64,000 nucleotides of DNA. Origin: Amoebophrya sp. A120 (Eukaryota > Protista > Dinoflagellata). The translations under genes and the position numbers were made by a program. Shown in pieces: positions 1-11,280 of the stretch (positions are counted from its first letter, which is position 1; the number at the start of each line of letters is the position of its first letter). The stretch covers positions 372,001 through 436,000 of the forward strand of contig CAJINV010000016.1 in assembly GCA_905178155.1 (NCBI GenBank), written 5' to 3'. Below the pieces are notes generated by a model. The model saw only the letters and a program-made list of their open reading frames with translations. It did not search any database and was not told the DNA's origin.

Positions 1-141
1 TTGGCCGAAGAGGTTCAGCTTCTGTTCTTGCCGGGCCGATACGAAATGGAACAGGGGCGGGGTGACCTCCTGGTGGTTCTTCTGGAGGAGCAGGATTGTT
101 TCAGCAAGCAGGTTCAGAAGGAAGAAATTCTTGTTGTACAT
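1..141 (-). CDS. possible first exon of a gene running off the window (MYNKNFFLLNLLAETILL...)
   Basis: Open frame from ATG at 141 to the window edge, same strand as all other genes; no homology recognised. Confidence 0.3.
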   Translation of the reverse strand, partial: MYNKNFFLLNLLAETILLLQKNHQEVTPPLFHFVSARQEQKLNLFGQ

Positions 142-1384
142 CTTTAGACCCACGCGGCCGGGGAGCAACGAATCTTTTCTACGATCAAACATAGAGCAGA
201 GGATAAATGAAAATGGCGCGACTAGTTGTAGATAAAGATGACGAAACTAAATACATAAAAACTGGCGTGAGATTGTGCGCAACCGCTACCTCAATAATCG
301 ACGATGGATATAGATACTTACCTCGTCCACCACAAATGAATATAGATACCCGGCAATGTCAAACATCAACAGATACGATTTATCGTCCCACTAGATCATG
401 AGCAATCGATATTATCGGGGCGAGGTAGATACCAACGACAAGATTGAGCAGATCGGTGTTTGGATTCGAGGGAGTGTGCTATGGTGCGACGAAAACGAAT
501 GTACGGAGGTGCAAGGACTGACTTTCCCTTTCACCTCCAAAATCGGAGTGAGGAGAGACTCCTTAACCTTATCTTCATGTCCCAATCTTTATGAAACGAC
601 GATGATCTTCTACAACGAGAGCGACCACAAGTTCCATGAACCCCATCTAGATCTACTCAACCACCAAATCAATATTTAGCGAGATCTATTGCAGTAGCAA
701 ACGAGTGGTCACGGATACGATTGGGTATAACATTTTGCACCCGAAAGAGCTATTTTAAGACGAATTACCCACGACGAGGAACAAAAACCGGGCAGCTCTG
801 TACGGCGTGTCATCATCTCTCCTCTGGCTTCTACTGGAGCAGAGGCAGCTCATGTGGTATTGTAAGTACCCACAACTGACATTCATGTAGTTTCTTGCTT
901 TCATCCTTTATTTCCTGTTGTTCGTTCGAAGTTGCAATGTTGTTCGATGTTCTAAAAGCCACTGGTTTGCAAGTTGTTCTTTGTTCGCTGCTGTCACCAA
1001 TTGTCGAGTTGTCACATGATGATTTCCTGTCGACGAGTTGTCATGCTCTTATCTGCCTAGCACGAAACATTACCTGCTTTGATGCGCCCCCATCGCGCAT
1101 AATGTTGTAGAAGCGGGCGTAACTACTACACTCTTGGTCATTCATGATCTCTGTTCTTTCCCCAGTAGCATCAATCATCATGCGCGCAATTCAGTAAAAT
1201 AAAATGAAAATCACTTCGTTCGTTGCTTTCAAGAAGAGGGAGGTGGCTATCCGGAAAATTGATGTGCAATTAGATGAAAAAATAGCTTCCACGTCGGCGG
1301 GACGAAATGTTATATGTAGCTAGCATCATTTTCATCGCCCGGTGTAAATTCACCAGAAGAGTAGACGAGAATATTAGACTTCAC

Positions 1385-4300
1385 TCAGTGCGTATCAACT
1401 CCAAAAATGTCTGGGTCTGGAAGATTGCCACGTTTGTCATGCAGGTTTTCTATGGCCCATAAAGTTTAGAATGCAGCACCTAGCATGACAAATTCTGTGA
1501 GATCTCTATCATGCCTATCATGCATGAGAAATTGCCTCTCAACTTGGTAAAAAAGGGCGGCTGTTGGTAATCACGCAACACAGATTTTTTGCACGATTCA
1601 GATTTAGCATGACAAGTTGCAACCTTCCAGACCCAGACATATTTGCATTTCATAGTGCGTCACGTTTTCCACCGTTAAGCTCCCCTTTCCGTCCACACTG
1701 AACATGAGGTCAATGTGGTGGTGCGATGTTTCTTCGATAGAGACGGTGGTGAGAGGCGTCCCGTCGGCGGCCACCACTTCAATGTTGAAGGAACCTGATA
1801 TACAATATTTTCTAGGTAGGTGAGGTTCACCATAGTCTCGATCCACGCAACATCACACCAGTGAAGACCTTGTGATGGGCCGCCGTCGTCCATGCAAAAA
1901 TTCAACGATTCGGAATAAGTATAATCAGGTGATGTTCTTTGTCATGCAACAAACATGAAATGCAGCTATGGTACCTGGTGCGCATGCGAAGCTCTCCTTC
2001 TGGCTGACGGGCACCGGAACGCCCTTGTGCAAAACTGGGAAAAATGACTTTGCGTTCCCCTTCTTCACGGAAATGCCGACGGCTTGAGACAGAGCGCTAC
2101 CCTCCATGGCGATACCTGTTCCGTAGAAGTTGTATGGTGGTAGTTTTATTATTTTGATGTCACATCTTTAGAAAATTTGTCATGCGAAAGTCACATTGAC
2201 ATTGCCAGCATGTCAAGCGAAATTCACATCGCAAGCATGTTTTGTCTTGCATAAAAGTCCCTGCTCTACAATAATTGTCCGAAAATTTACCTGGCGTATC
2301 GTCGTCGTCGGCTGGCTCGACATTTCCTTTCAGCTCTGCAGAAACCACCAACTCCCCCTCGTCCGTTGCTCCCATGTTGAGCAATACGTCCGCTTGTATT
2401 GCCGCGCCCATCGCGACCACCTCCTCGGCAAGCAAATCGGTCTCGCCCTTGAGCTATCAAATGCAAAAGTGTCTGGTGTTTTGTCTGGAAACAAGACCTT
2501 GGTACAGCACGGGGAAGAGAACGACTTGAACTTTTTGAAGAAAGAAAAGAAAAGAGAACTACGTGGATGCACTATGTAGAGAGAGATTAAAACATGCTAT
2601 TATGTCCACCGGTGGAACTAACTACTGCTACTTATACCGGGTCTGGAGCAAAGCACCTTGTCATGCTAAATCTGAATCATGTGAAAATCTGTGTTGCATG
2701 ATTACCAAAAGCTGTCCACTTTTGACCTAGTCGAGAGGTGGTTTCTCATGCAGGATAGGCATGATAGAACTCTCACAGAATCTGTCATGCTATGTCCTAC
2801 ATACCAGATCTCATGTGTCATGGAAAACCTGCATGACATGTCTGGCACTCTTCCAGACCCAGACACTTTTGCAGTTGATATGAGCTCCTTCGCTTTGCTG
2901 GCGCTGAAGGCCTCGGCAATCGTTTGGCTCACAACGGGGATGTTGCACCCGCCCCCGATGCACAAATACTCGTTGATCTTTGTTGAGGACGAAGTTGTAC
3001 TTGCGGCGACCTTCTCTTGCACTTCCTCGAGCATCTCCTTCAGTTGGTCAATAACGTTCTTCTCCTCGTCTTCCTTCTTCAGCATCTCCTCAAATTGCTC
3101 CCTGGTCACTTGTATGCATTGCAAATATCGATCTGGGGCTGGAATAAACTTGTGATGCGGAACGCGAAAGATTGGAACTGCGCTTGTGGGTGCAGACAAG
3201 CATGATAAGTTCTGAGAACGGCTGCTCGTCATGCGTATCCCGCATGACAAGCTGCGCTTTCGCATGACAAGAGAGTTCTCACCGCGTCTGTTGATGTCGG
3301 TCATGCAATGCAGATTTTCCACGACACACCCATGCAAGATAAGCATTGTAAGTTCAACCTTTCGAGACCCAGAAGATCGATATATTTGCAATGCATAACT
3401 TGCGTGAAGAAGTCCACATCGCCCAGCAATGCTTCCACCTCAATGGTGGCCCGCTTCGACACCGTGAGGGCCTTCTTCGCCTTTTCACAGGCTTCCTTGA
3501 GTCGCAGCATCGCTCGCTCCTCCTTCTTCAGCTGCAGGGCCGCCTTCGGGTCTTTCCTCTTCAAATCCTTGACGCAGTAGTCAAAGAGCGTTTCGTCCAT
3601 CAGCTTGCAGCATCAACTGCAAATATGTCTGGGTCTGGAAGAATGAAAGTTTGTCATGCAGCTTGCCTCGCGTGACTCTTGAATCTGTCATGCATGAGCA
3701 GGAAAGCAGCAGTCTCTTACTTGTCATGCAAAAACGGAGTTTGTCATGCGGGAAGCGAAACACATAGGAGCTCAGAAACTTGTCATGCGTGGCTGCGTAA
3801 GAACGCAGTGCGCCCACCGTGCACAAACTAGCATCACAAGTTGTTTCCAGACCCAGACATATTTGCAGTTCATATGCAGCCGAGGGACCCGGACCCCACC
3901 GAGGTCACCGGTCGGAAAATGCCGGAGTTTTATCCTGTGCAAAAGTATCGCACTCGTAGTAATTGCAGTCATGCAGTACAAATCTCTCTCTTAAGGCAAA
4001 TCAGCATTACAAATTTTATTTTTCATGCTGAGGAGATTTGAAATGCATTTATACGAGTACGATACTTCTTTTGCAATTCATAAGTTTTTGTTCACCGTGA
4101 AAACCGAGCAATCGATATCCTGAGGAAAAACGTCCCCACCCTCCAATACTTGTCATGCAAATCCGCAAGCCTAGAATGTCTCTCATGTGTAGCCCTATGA
4201 GAGCCATTAGCTAAAAATGCTATCTGGGAGTTTGTCATGCTAGAATCCGAATCAGCTAGTCAATTCGTCATGCGGTTATTTCACTAGGTAAACAGGATTA

Positions 4301-7063
4301 CACTGCGAGCCAGAACTTGTCATGCTCGACAGCCAAAACTTGTGGATGTGTGTAGCAGATTCCCCATCTTGACTATGAGGCGAGCAGGACGGTTTTACAT
4401 AGGATAATCGAAGGTAGACGCGCCGAGATCCACAACGGCCACTATCCTGAGTAAAAACGTCCCCACGACCCCATAGTTGTCATGCAGATGTGCGACTACA
4501 GGAAGATTTGTAATGCGCATCTCCATGAGAGGCATTTTCAATCGCGTTTTGGGATTTGTAATGCTGTAAACGGGATGAGCAGATGGATTTGTGATGCCGC
4601 TGCACTGGCTAAACTGCACTACACTACGGACTGCAACTTGTGATGCGTGACTCCCAAAACTCCTAGGTTTGTGTTGCAAAATCCCCATCCCGACTCTCAT
4701 GTGGGGACGTTTTTGAACGGGATAGCGACGGTTTTTTCCTCATCCTTGACCGCCGCCAGACCGTTCCCGCCCGCCGTTGCGGCTGATCCTTGCTGTGCTG
4801 CCTGTATCCTGGGGAAATAAGACGTCCCCAGTAGCTGCATCGTCCCACATTTTTTGTAGATGCAAATTATAATATCCATGAGAAGCAATTTCGCAGTCAT
4901 GCTCGTGGTCGAATTTTTTGTCGTGTTCGTGTAAAATACTATCAGGAGAAAAAAATCGGTTTGATGTGATGAAGATGCGCCTGCACTAGCGAAACACGAT
5001 CAAAATACTCTCCGAGTCCAAGCGGCTTGAATGACCACTCGAAGAGTATTTTTTGACAGGCTTCATTTTGCCTGGCAGTGCTCCCGTACTAGTTCTTCGT
5101 CTTGAAGACTTTATGACTATGACTACTGGGGAGGACCACCACGTGGTCGTTTTTTTTACGCGGGATAGAAGCTGCTCCACTCACGCTGCTGACATTGGGT
5201 GCTGCCATGCCCGGAATCAAGCGGTGGGCGAGGTAGGCCGGGGTGACGTCCAAGCCGTGGGCGATGAGCGCTGCGCACGGTTCCTTCAGTAGTCGCATCA
5301 CCTTCAACTGCGTCGCGCTGTTCTCGTGGCCCCAGTTCGGGCAGGACTCGCAGCAGGCCTTGAGCAACTCCGCCTTCTCGTCCGAATAGTGGGATGGCAC
5401 GGTCAAGACGCAGTGCGTGACTTTATGGAAGTGTCAGGATCGAAATCGTCAAAGTTGAAATAGTTTGTAAAAAGCGACTCTATTGCAGGGGATGCAAGGA
5501 AGGCGGATTATAGTCCAGGTAAGGGTCAAGTATTGGGCTGCTGACTAGCATGGCAGAAGGCAGCGCTTTTGCTCTAAACCGCATGACAGATTCGCTTCTA
5601 GGACGGGGAAAATTTGTCATGCGCCGACTACAAACTGTGGGTCTAACTGGCAACGATTTTGCGCATCACAAATTTTTCGACTTTGTCAATTTCGATTCTG
5701 ACACTTCCTTAGACTTCCTCCCCGAGGTACAGGCTCGCGGTCTCCCGGACTTTGGCGAAGTATGAACTGTAAAAGTATCGCACTCTATGTATTGCAATCA
5801 TGCATTACAACTCTTTTTCTTAAAATAAATCAGCATTACAAATTTTCTTTCTCATGCTGAGGAAATTTGTAATGCATTTATACGAGTACGATACTTTTCC
5901 CCAGGATACGAAGACGAGAGAGGCGATGTCTTCGAGGGGAACCGACGCCTCTTCCCACGCGAATTTGATGGCACAGGATTTGCTGGAAGAGGAGGCCTCG
6001 ACGATCTGGGTTTTTGAAAAATGTGGAGACGTACACGTAGGTATTTATAATCAAAATGGCTTTTATTGATGATGTAGTCGTGCAGTCATGATTCTGTATA
6101 AAGAAATACATCCATTCTGTGGTGGCGTTCAAGTTGGTCCAGCACCTCTACTTGCATGCAAGCCAAGAAGTACTAGACAAGTTCAAGAGGTGTCACGATC
6201 ATGCCGAATAAAGCGGAGAAGCTGCAATGGCTCACATTTAATAGTACTTACCTCAAGATGCTTCAACGCTTTGCTTTCTGCGATGTCTTCTTGGGTAATC
6301 TCGTCGTCGAACGGCTGGCCCAGCAGCTTCTTGAAGTCCCGCACCGTACCTTTGTTTGTTGTTGTTCCACCGTGTAAGTAAAAAACGTAGTTGTGCTTGC
6401 GCTGGCGCTTGATAGATGACAAGACATGGAGATCATGCAGCAAGGAAGATTTAACGTGGAGAGGATAACATGTGTCTGTATCTATCCCCACGACCACCTG
6501 GTCAACATGCAACGATGCAAAAATTCATCATCAAATCACGATGATGAGGTTTAGTTCTTCTGCAGCTACACAATATATTTATAGCTAGTACCTGGTAAAT
6601 TTCTCTCCTTCTGATTGTAAGCCGCATCCCCGACGGTGATTGTGCTACTGCCATCCGCTGCTTTGACGTAAGAAACGCAGACGTTTGTGCTTCGGTTTCC
6701 CATTTCGTTGGGGATCACTTCCTATCAAATGTAAAAATGTCTGGGTCTGGAAGAATGGAAGGCTTGTCATGCTTGTCTGGCATAACCCATGATGCTTCTA
6801 ATGGATGACCCAGCATCACAGATTTTTGGAAAGCTTCCTGATGCCATTTCCGCATGACACATGCCCTCCTCGCGTAGCACAAATGTGGCTCCTCTTGTTG
6901 GTCATGCAATACAGATTTTTTTAGAGTCCAAAGTTAGCATCACAAGTTCCAACTTTCCAGACCCAGACATTTTTACATTTGATACTTCCGTCTGACCGTT
7001 CTTCGACATGGCCACGACGCACGTGGTCGCGCCAAAATCGATACCGATACCGTAAGTCGACAT
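1385..7063 (-). CDS. atypical Hsp70-family protein (HSPA14/Ssz1-like), ~585 aa, 16 exons
   Basis: Spliced motifs GIGIDFGAT, VLTVP..LLKEPCAALIAHGLD, VVDLGASTFD, NSGIFR, RLKEACEKAKKAL, EEVVAMGAAIQA; short C-terminus without lid/EEVD. 11 introners plus GT-AG introns 1795-1974, 2116-2290, 6006-6251, 6350-6591; spliced length 1758 nt. Hsp70 family is secure, HSPA14 subfamily is by recalled similarity. Confidence 0.85.
1393..1654. mobile_element. introner family A
   Basis: TIR TATCAA..AAAATGTCTGGGTCTGGAAG; direct repeat gtgcg/gtgcg. Confidence 0.9.
2455..2880. mobile_element. introner family A with ~160-bp internal insertion
   Basis: Family A TIRs; direct repeat tgagc/tgagc. Confidence 0.85.
3113..3397. 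mobile_element. introner family A (diverged)
   Basis: Diverged family A TIRs; direct repeat acttg/acttg; removal joins FFTQV-TREQFEE. Confidence 0.9.
3611..3874. mobile_element. introner family A
   Basis: Family A TIRs (left end CATC); direct repeat tgcag/tgcag. Confidence 0.9.
3931..4082. mobile_element. introner family B
   Basis: TIR TATCCTGTGCAAAAGTATCG.ACTCGTA; direct repeat agttt/agttt. Confidence 0.9.
4116..4406. mobile_element. introner family C (diverged)
   Basis: TIR TATCCTGAG.AAAAACGTCC; direct repeat atcga/atcga. Confidence 0.85.
4443..4724. mobile_element. introner family C
   Basis: Family C TIRs; direct repeat gccac/gcgac. Confidence 0.9.
4805..5167. mobile_element. highly degenerate introner (C-like ends)
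   Basis: Residual TIR TATCCTGGGGAAATAAGACG / CGTTTTTTTTACGCGGGATA; direct repeat lost, but removing element plus 5 nt restores the Hsp70 frame. Confidence 0.6.
5424..5711. mobile_element. introner family I (singleton)
   Basis: ~37-bp TIR TATGGAAGTGTCAGGATCGAAAT; direct repeat gactt/gactt. Confidence 0.9.
5761..5908. mobile_element. introner family B
   Basis: Family B TIRs; direct repeat cgaag/cgaag. Confidence 0.9.
6723..6984. mobile_element. introner family A
   Basis: Near-perfect TIR TATCAAATGTAAAAATGTCTGGGTCTGGAA; direct repeat cttcc/cttcc. Confidence 0.95.
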
Positions 7064-7382
7064 TTTTGTCCAGTACTGAAATAAGTAATCGCTACAACTT
7101 GGGACGAAAGCCACAAAAAAATTCACTGGCGTAGCGCTTTTGCTGCAGCTGCAAGATGAATAAATACAGTTTGAATAAATGCAAGGGTTCGCTATGTTGT
7201 ACCAAAAATCGATGTTAGTTTATTCTCCGCAGCTGAATAAACGAAATTGTACGTGTTCTTAGTGGCCGCGTGCAAATGACGATCGAACGGGAAAAAGTAG
7301 GTGTAGTAAGTGGTGAATTTATAGCTAAAAAAAGAAACTTCGTCCTCTCCTGCGAAGTTTCAAGCACCTACGTGAGCCTGTT

Positions 7383-7901
7383 TTAATGTGGTTGATCGGA
7401 AAATTCAGAGATGAAGTTCTTTGCCACTGCAAATGCCTCGACGGCCATGCGTGCAAACAAATTTCTTAATGCTGTACTCACAGAAAGCTGAAAGATCCTA
7501 CGCTGGCTTCGCTTTCTTCCGAATCCGAAAAAAGATCCTCCTCCAGTTGTAAAAGATCCATCCAAGCGCAAATTCCTTGCAATAATTCTTGTTCCAAAGA
7601 TATCATGATCATAACCGCGCGGAAGATCTACTACGTTTTGAACTTCAGGATTATTTTTGTCGCTTTCTTTGATCTTTTTCCACTTCAAGTTTACATTTAC
7701 TTGTCGTCTACTGCATCTTTCTTGCAGTTTATTGCACCAAGAACTCAAGACTGAACAACCTCGCACACCAGATCGATTTTCATTTGAGTTTTTCGTTTTG
7801 CTCCTCGCGCGAAAAGATACTGCAGCTTCGTATACTTTTGAAAAATCACAACTGTTGTACTTACAACTTATGGGGTTCGGACGATGAGAGTGTTTGTTCA
7901 A
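7383..7901 (-). CDS. hypothetical ORF or exon, 172 codons
   Basis: Long open frame in AT-rich DNA on the gene strand; non-ATG start, no recognised motif. Confidence 0.3.
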   Translation of the reverse strand: MNKHSHRPNPISCKYNSCDFSKVYEAAVSFRARSKTKNSNENRSGVRGCSVLSSWCNKLQERCSRRQVNVNLKWKKIKESDKNNPEVQNVVDLPRGYDHDIFGTRIIARNLRLDGSFTTGGGSFFGFGRKRSQRRIFQLSVSTALRNLFARMAVEAFAVAKNFISEFSDQPH

Positions 7902-8368
7902 GTAGGTAGTGCTGGGGATCGCCTGTTACAAAAAACTACAGCAATTCAAATAATTCCTAAATAGGAAACAAGTTCCTAAGCGATGGACTGGTCTTCATTT
8001 CCTGTAGTCATGCGACGGAAGTTGTACTTGATGCAGGAAAAAATTTCTCTCTACAGGCTCTTGAGCGCAATCAACCTCTATGTATTCATCCTAGGTGCAG
8101 AGTCATTCACATAATGAAAAGCAAACTCGAGAAAACCGAAAAAATAAGGGCATCGAAATACGGGTCGGGGTGCGGGAGGGAGAGACAACGCAGTCAGGCG
8201 GACCTACTTTCATGATCCCGGCTCCACCTATAGTGGGTCCTTTTAGTTTTACATGCATGGAGCAGGTACTGCTACACGCCTAACTTTTAAAAATGAAACA
8301 AAATGCCTCATCTTCTTCTATACCGGATTGGGAATAGCGAGTCAAAAGAACAAGTAAAGCAGTTGAGA

Positions 8369-9818
8369 TCAGTAAAACCCCCCTTTTCCCATGCCCTGCC
8401 CTTTCCCGGACTTGCCGATGGTTTGCGCATACATTCCCATCTGGCGCTGCGCTCTATCCTGTGCAAAAGTATCGCACTCGTATAATTGCAATCATGCATT
8501 ACAAATTCTTTTTTTTAGGTAAATCCGCATTACAAATTTTATTTCTCATGCTGAGGGAGTTTGTCATGCATTTATACGAGCACGATACTTTTGCAGTTCA
8601 TACGCTCGCGTCTGAGCAGATTCCGGGCCTTGGTTCAGCACGTGTGCCTATGTATTGGAAATATGTCTGGGTCTGGGTGGAAAGTTGTATTAATGCCAAA
8701 AGTGAATGATTGATATGCGCACGCGCACGGCAATGCGCAGCCACGCATGACAAATTTTTTGGACTGCTATGTGATTCGTTTTGCGCATGACAGACTGCGT
8801 TTTTGCATGACAGACAAGAGGCCCTTATTTACATTTTCCACCTCCCCTCGCATTTTTCCAGAGTTTGGTTTCGCAGTCAAAGTCATGTGAGACAAGCATG
8901 ACAAACTTCTTGCACTCTTCCAGACCCAGACCTTCGATATTTGCATTTGATAATGCCCGGGAGTGCTTCGCCACCGTGGCCTGGTTTCGTGCGCTCGCCC
9001 GAACCATCGCGTTTTGCAGCTGTCCCATCGCGTTATTAATGTCGCTGGTGCCCTTGCTGTGGGTGACGCCCTTGGTGTACTGAATGTTTGCGGCAGCCTA
9101 TGGAGAGAAAAAAGTTTGTCACAGACACAGTCACAGTCACTATCTTGGAGGGTTTGCATTACAAATTTTCTCAGCATCACAAACTTTCCTTGTATTGCAG
9201 AAACACTAGGGAAATCCCTAATGAAGTTTGGCTTTGATGCATTTTTACGCATGACAAACAATTTTGTATTGCAAGAATGCGCATGAGTGATCGTGACGAA
9301 CTTTTTTTCTTTGATACTGCCTGCTCCAGCGCCAGGTCCCGCGTGATTTGTTCCCGCTGCAGGTGAATGTCGCGCGTCATCTCGTGGTAGCCACCCCACG
9401 ACCTCCGTTTGCGCTTCTCCTTTACATCTGCGTGGTGCTCGTCCCAGCGTCGGGCGTTCTCTATACCCTCGTGGTTGTACCGGGCCCACGCCTCGCGGTC
9501 CCGGTGCTGTTGCTTCTTTTTGTACAGAACCACGGCAACCACCACGCCGGCGAGTACCAGGAAAAGCAAAACATAGAACAGCACGTTATGGTCCGTGTTG
9601 CTGAATTGGAGCAACCGCTGCAGAAATTGCTCTTCCAAAGGGGTGGTTCTGGTTATCGAGTTCAATATGATTTCATCGTGTACTCCTGGAGACTTGTTTT
9701 CATAGACCCGGACCGCAGGCAATGCGTCGCTATAGTGGATGTCCACAAGCTGCTTAATAGTCGCAGAAGCTTCTTGCAGCGGAGAGGAGCTGCTGCCACG
9801 ATTGTCAAGCATTTGCAT
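8369..9818 (-). CDS. hypothetical single-pass membrane protein, ~254 aa
   Basis: TM segment VLFYVLLFLVLAGVVVAVVLY followed by KKK; three introners removed give 765 nt ending GKSGKGQGMGKGGFY*. Confidence 0.75.
8455..8602. mobile_element. introner family B
   Basis: Family B TIRs; direct repeat cgctc/cgctc. Confidence 0.9.
8649..8952. mobile_element. introner family A
   Basis: Family A TIRs; direct repeat gtgcc/atgcc. Confidence 0.85.
9099..9316. mobile_element. introner family J (singleton)
   Basis: TIR TATGGAGAGAAAAAAGTTTGTCAC / GTGACGAACTTTTTTTCTTTGATA; direct repeat cagcc/ctgcc. Confidence 0.85.
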
Positions 9819-11280
9819 TCTGGTATGTATCCTGCTCTATCTTGCTGCTGTTCGAAACAAAGATGAATATTGAAAGGAAAAGGTTATTCTTAATGGGGTT
9901 GCTTAGGCTTACACCGAGTGTATTTCATTTTCACAATCTTTTTCACTAGAGCAAAAACAGCTGGGGGGGAGCGGGTGCGGGGGAACAGGCAAATTTCGCT
10001 GCTGGTTGTCGTTGTAAGTATCAGGCACATAAAAATAGTTCGTAGTTGACGAGACATGGAGAAATCTTAGAAGAAAAAGAAGCACGTGTGACTACAATTG
10101 CCTGCTTTTCACGACGACAAGACGAAAAATGGACTACGAAAACGATTTGTATTTCTGCACGAAGACCTGTACAACTGTGAAATAGGGACGACACGAAATT
10201 TTCGCAACCGAAGCCACAAGAATGAAATCGGAAATAACGCCAAGAACTACAACATTAACGCTGCTCCTGCAATTGTTCCTGCTGCATCGACGAAGTACTA
10301 TTAAGCGAGCTGCAACAGACAGTGGAAGACGAAAAAGAAAGGGACTCGCCTTTATTCGAACATAGTGAGACAGTCTGCTTCGATAAGTTCTCGGCGCCTG
10401 CGTAAGTAACAGCTGCTGCCTCGCCACCCATTATATATTCGCACCGTTTGGTACACTGTGCCGAATTCTTGAAAGAGATGCAAATTATGAAAAAAGTACA
10501 TAGCGGTTCGGGTTCCATGCGAAGACAGACGGATCACCGTCTTTTCATGAAAAATAAAAATCTGACAACATTTCCTCATCTCCGTCTTCATGTCGTGCAA
10601 CGAACGAAGAGCACACTTCCTCAATTCCAACAAGACAGAGTCTGTCATGTGGCACTCATGTACAACAAATTATATTGAAGTCCGATAGTACTTACTCTAC
10701 TTCGATGTTGTGAACTGAGAAGAAGCTCCTGTTGATCATGCGCGGCTAGCCCAGTAATTCAGCTGGATGTTGTGGACCTTGACCTGGCGTCCTCGTCGCA
10801 ACATGGAAACCGGAAAAACGCTACTGGGTTTCTTCTTCCTCCGAAAATTTGCTACAGATGGGAAGGATACAACACCAACACGAAGACAAAATACATGAGA
10901 CTAACACTAATAAAATTACAACTAATATCGGAGAATCAGGCACTTGATTTATAGTAGTTTCATGGAGGAGGTGAGCGTGAAATTATAGAAATGTAATGTT
11001 GTCAGGAAATTGTAAACTCCAAAGTAGAGCGGTGATGAAGTTGCGATTAAAAAGTATGGAGTGTCAAACATGAAAGCAAGAACTAGAATAAGAAATTTAC
11101 AATGAGATGAAAGAGAAAAAAATAAGTGTACTTTCGAAACGAAAATGCTGCGGCATCTGCTTCTGATCATACGCATTAGAAGTAAGTATTTTCCATTTTC
11201 CAAAGCTGCAGCTGCTGTAGCGTGCAGCTCCTTTCCAGGCATGATGATCTTGAATGTCGTGCTGTTGTGAATTGTCATGA

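Noticed and set aside
8162-9983. G-quadruplex-like runs at 8162-8180 and 9963-9983 flanking one gene
   Set aside because: Short, two instances only, no supporting context
10098-10678. Small overlapping ORFs between the two membrane-protein genes
   Set aside because: Under 100 aa, no motifs, no introners or clear splice structure
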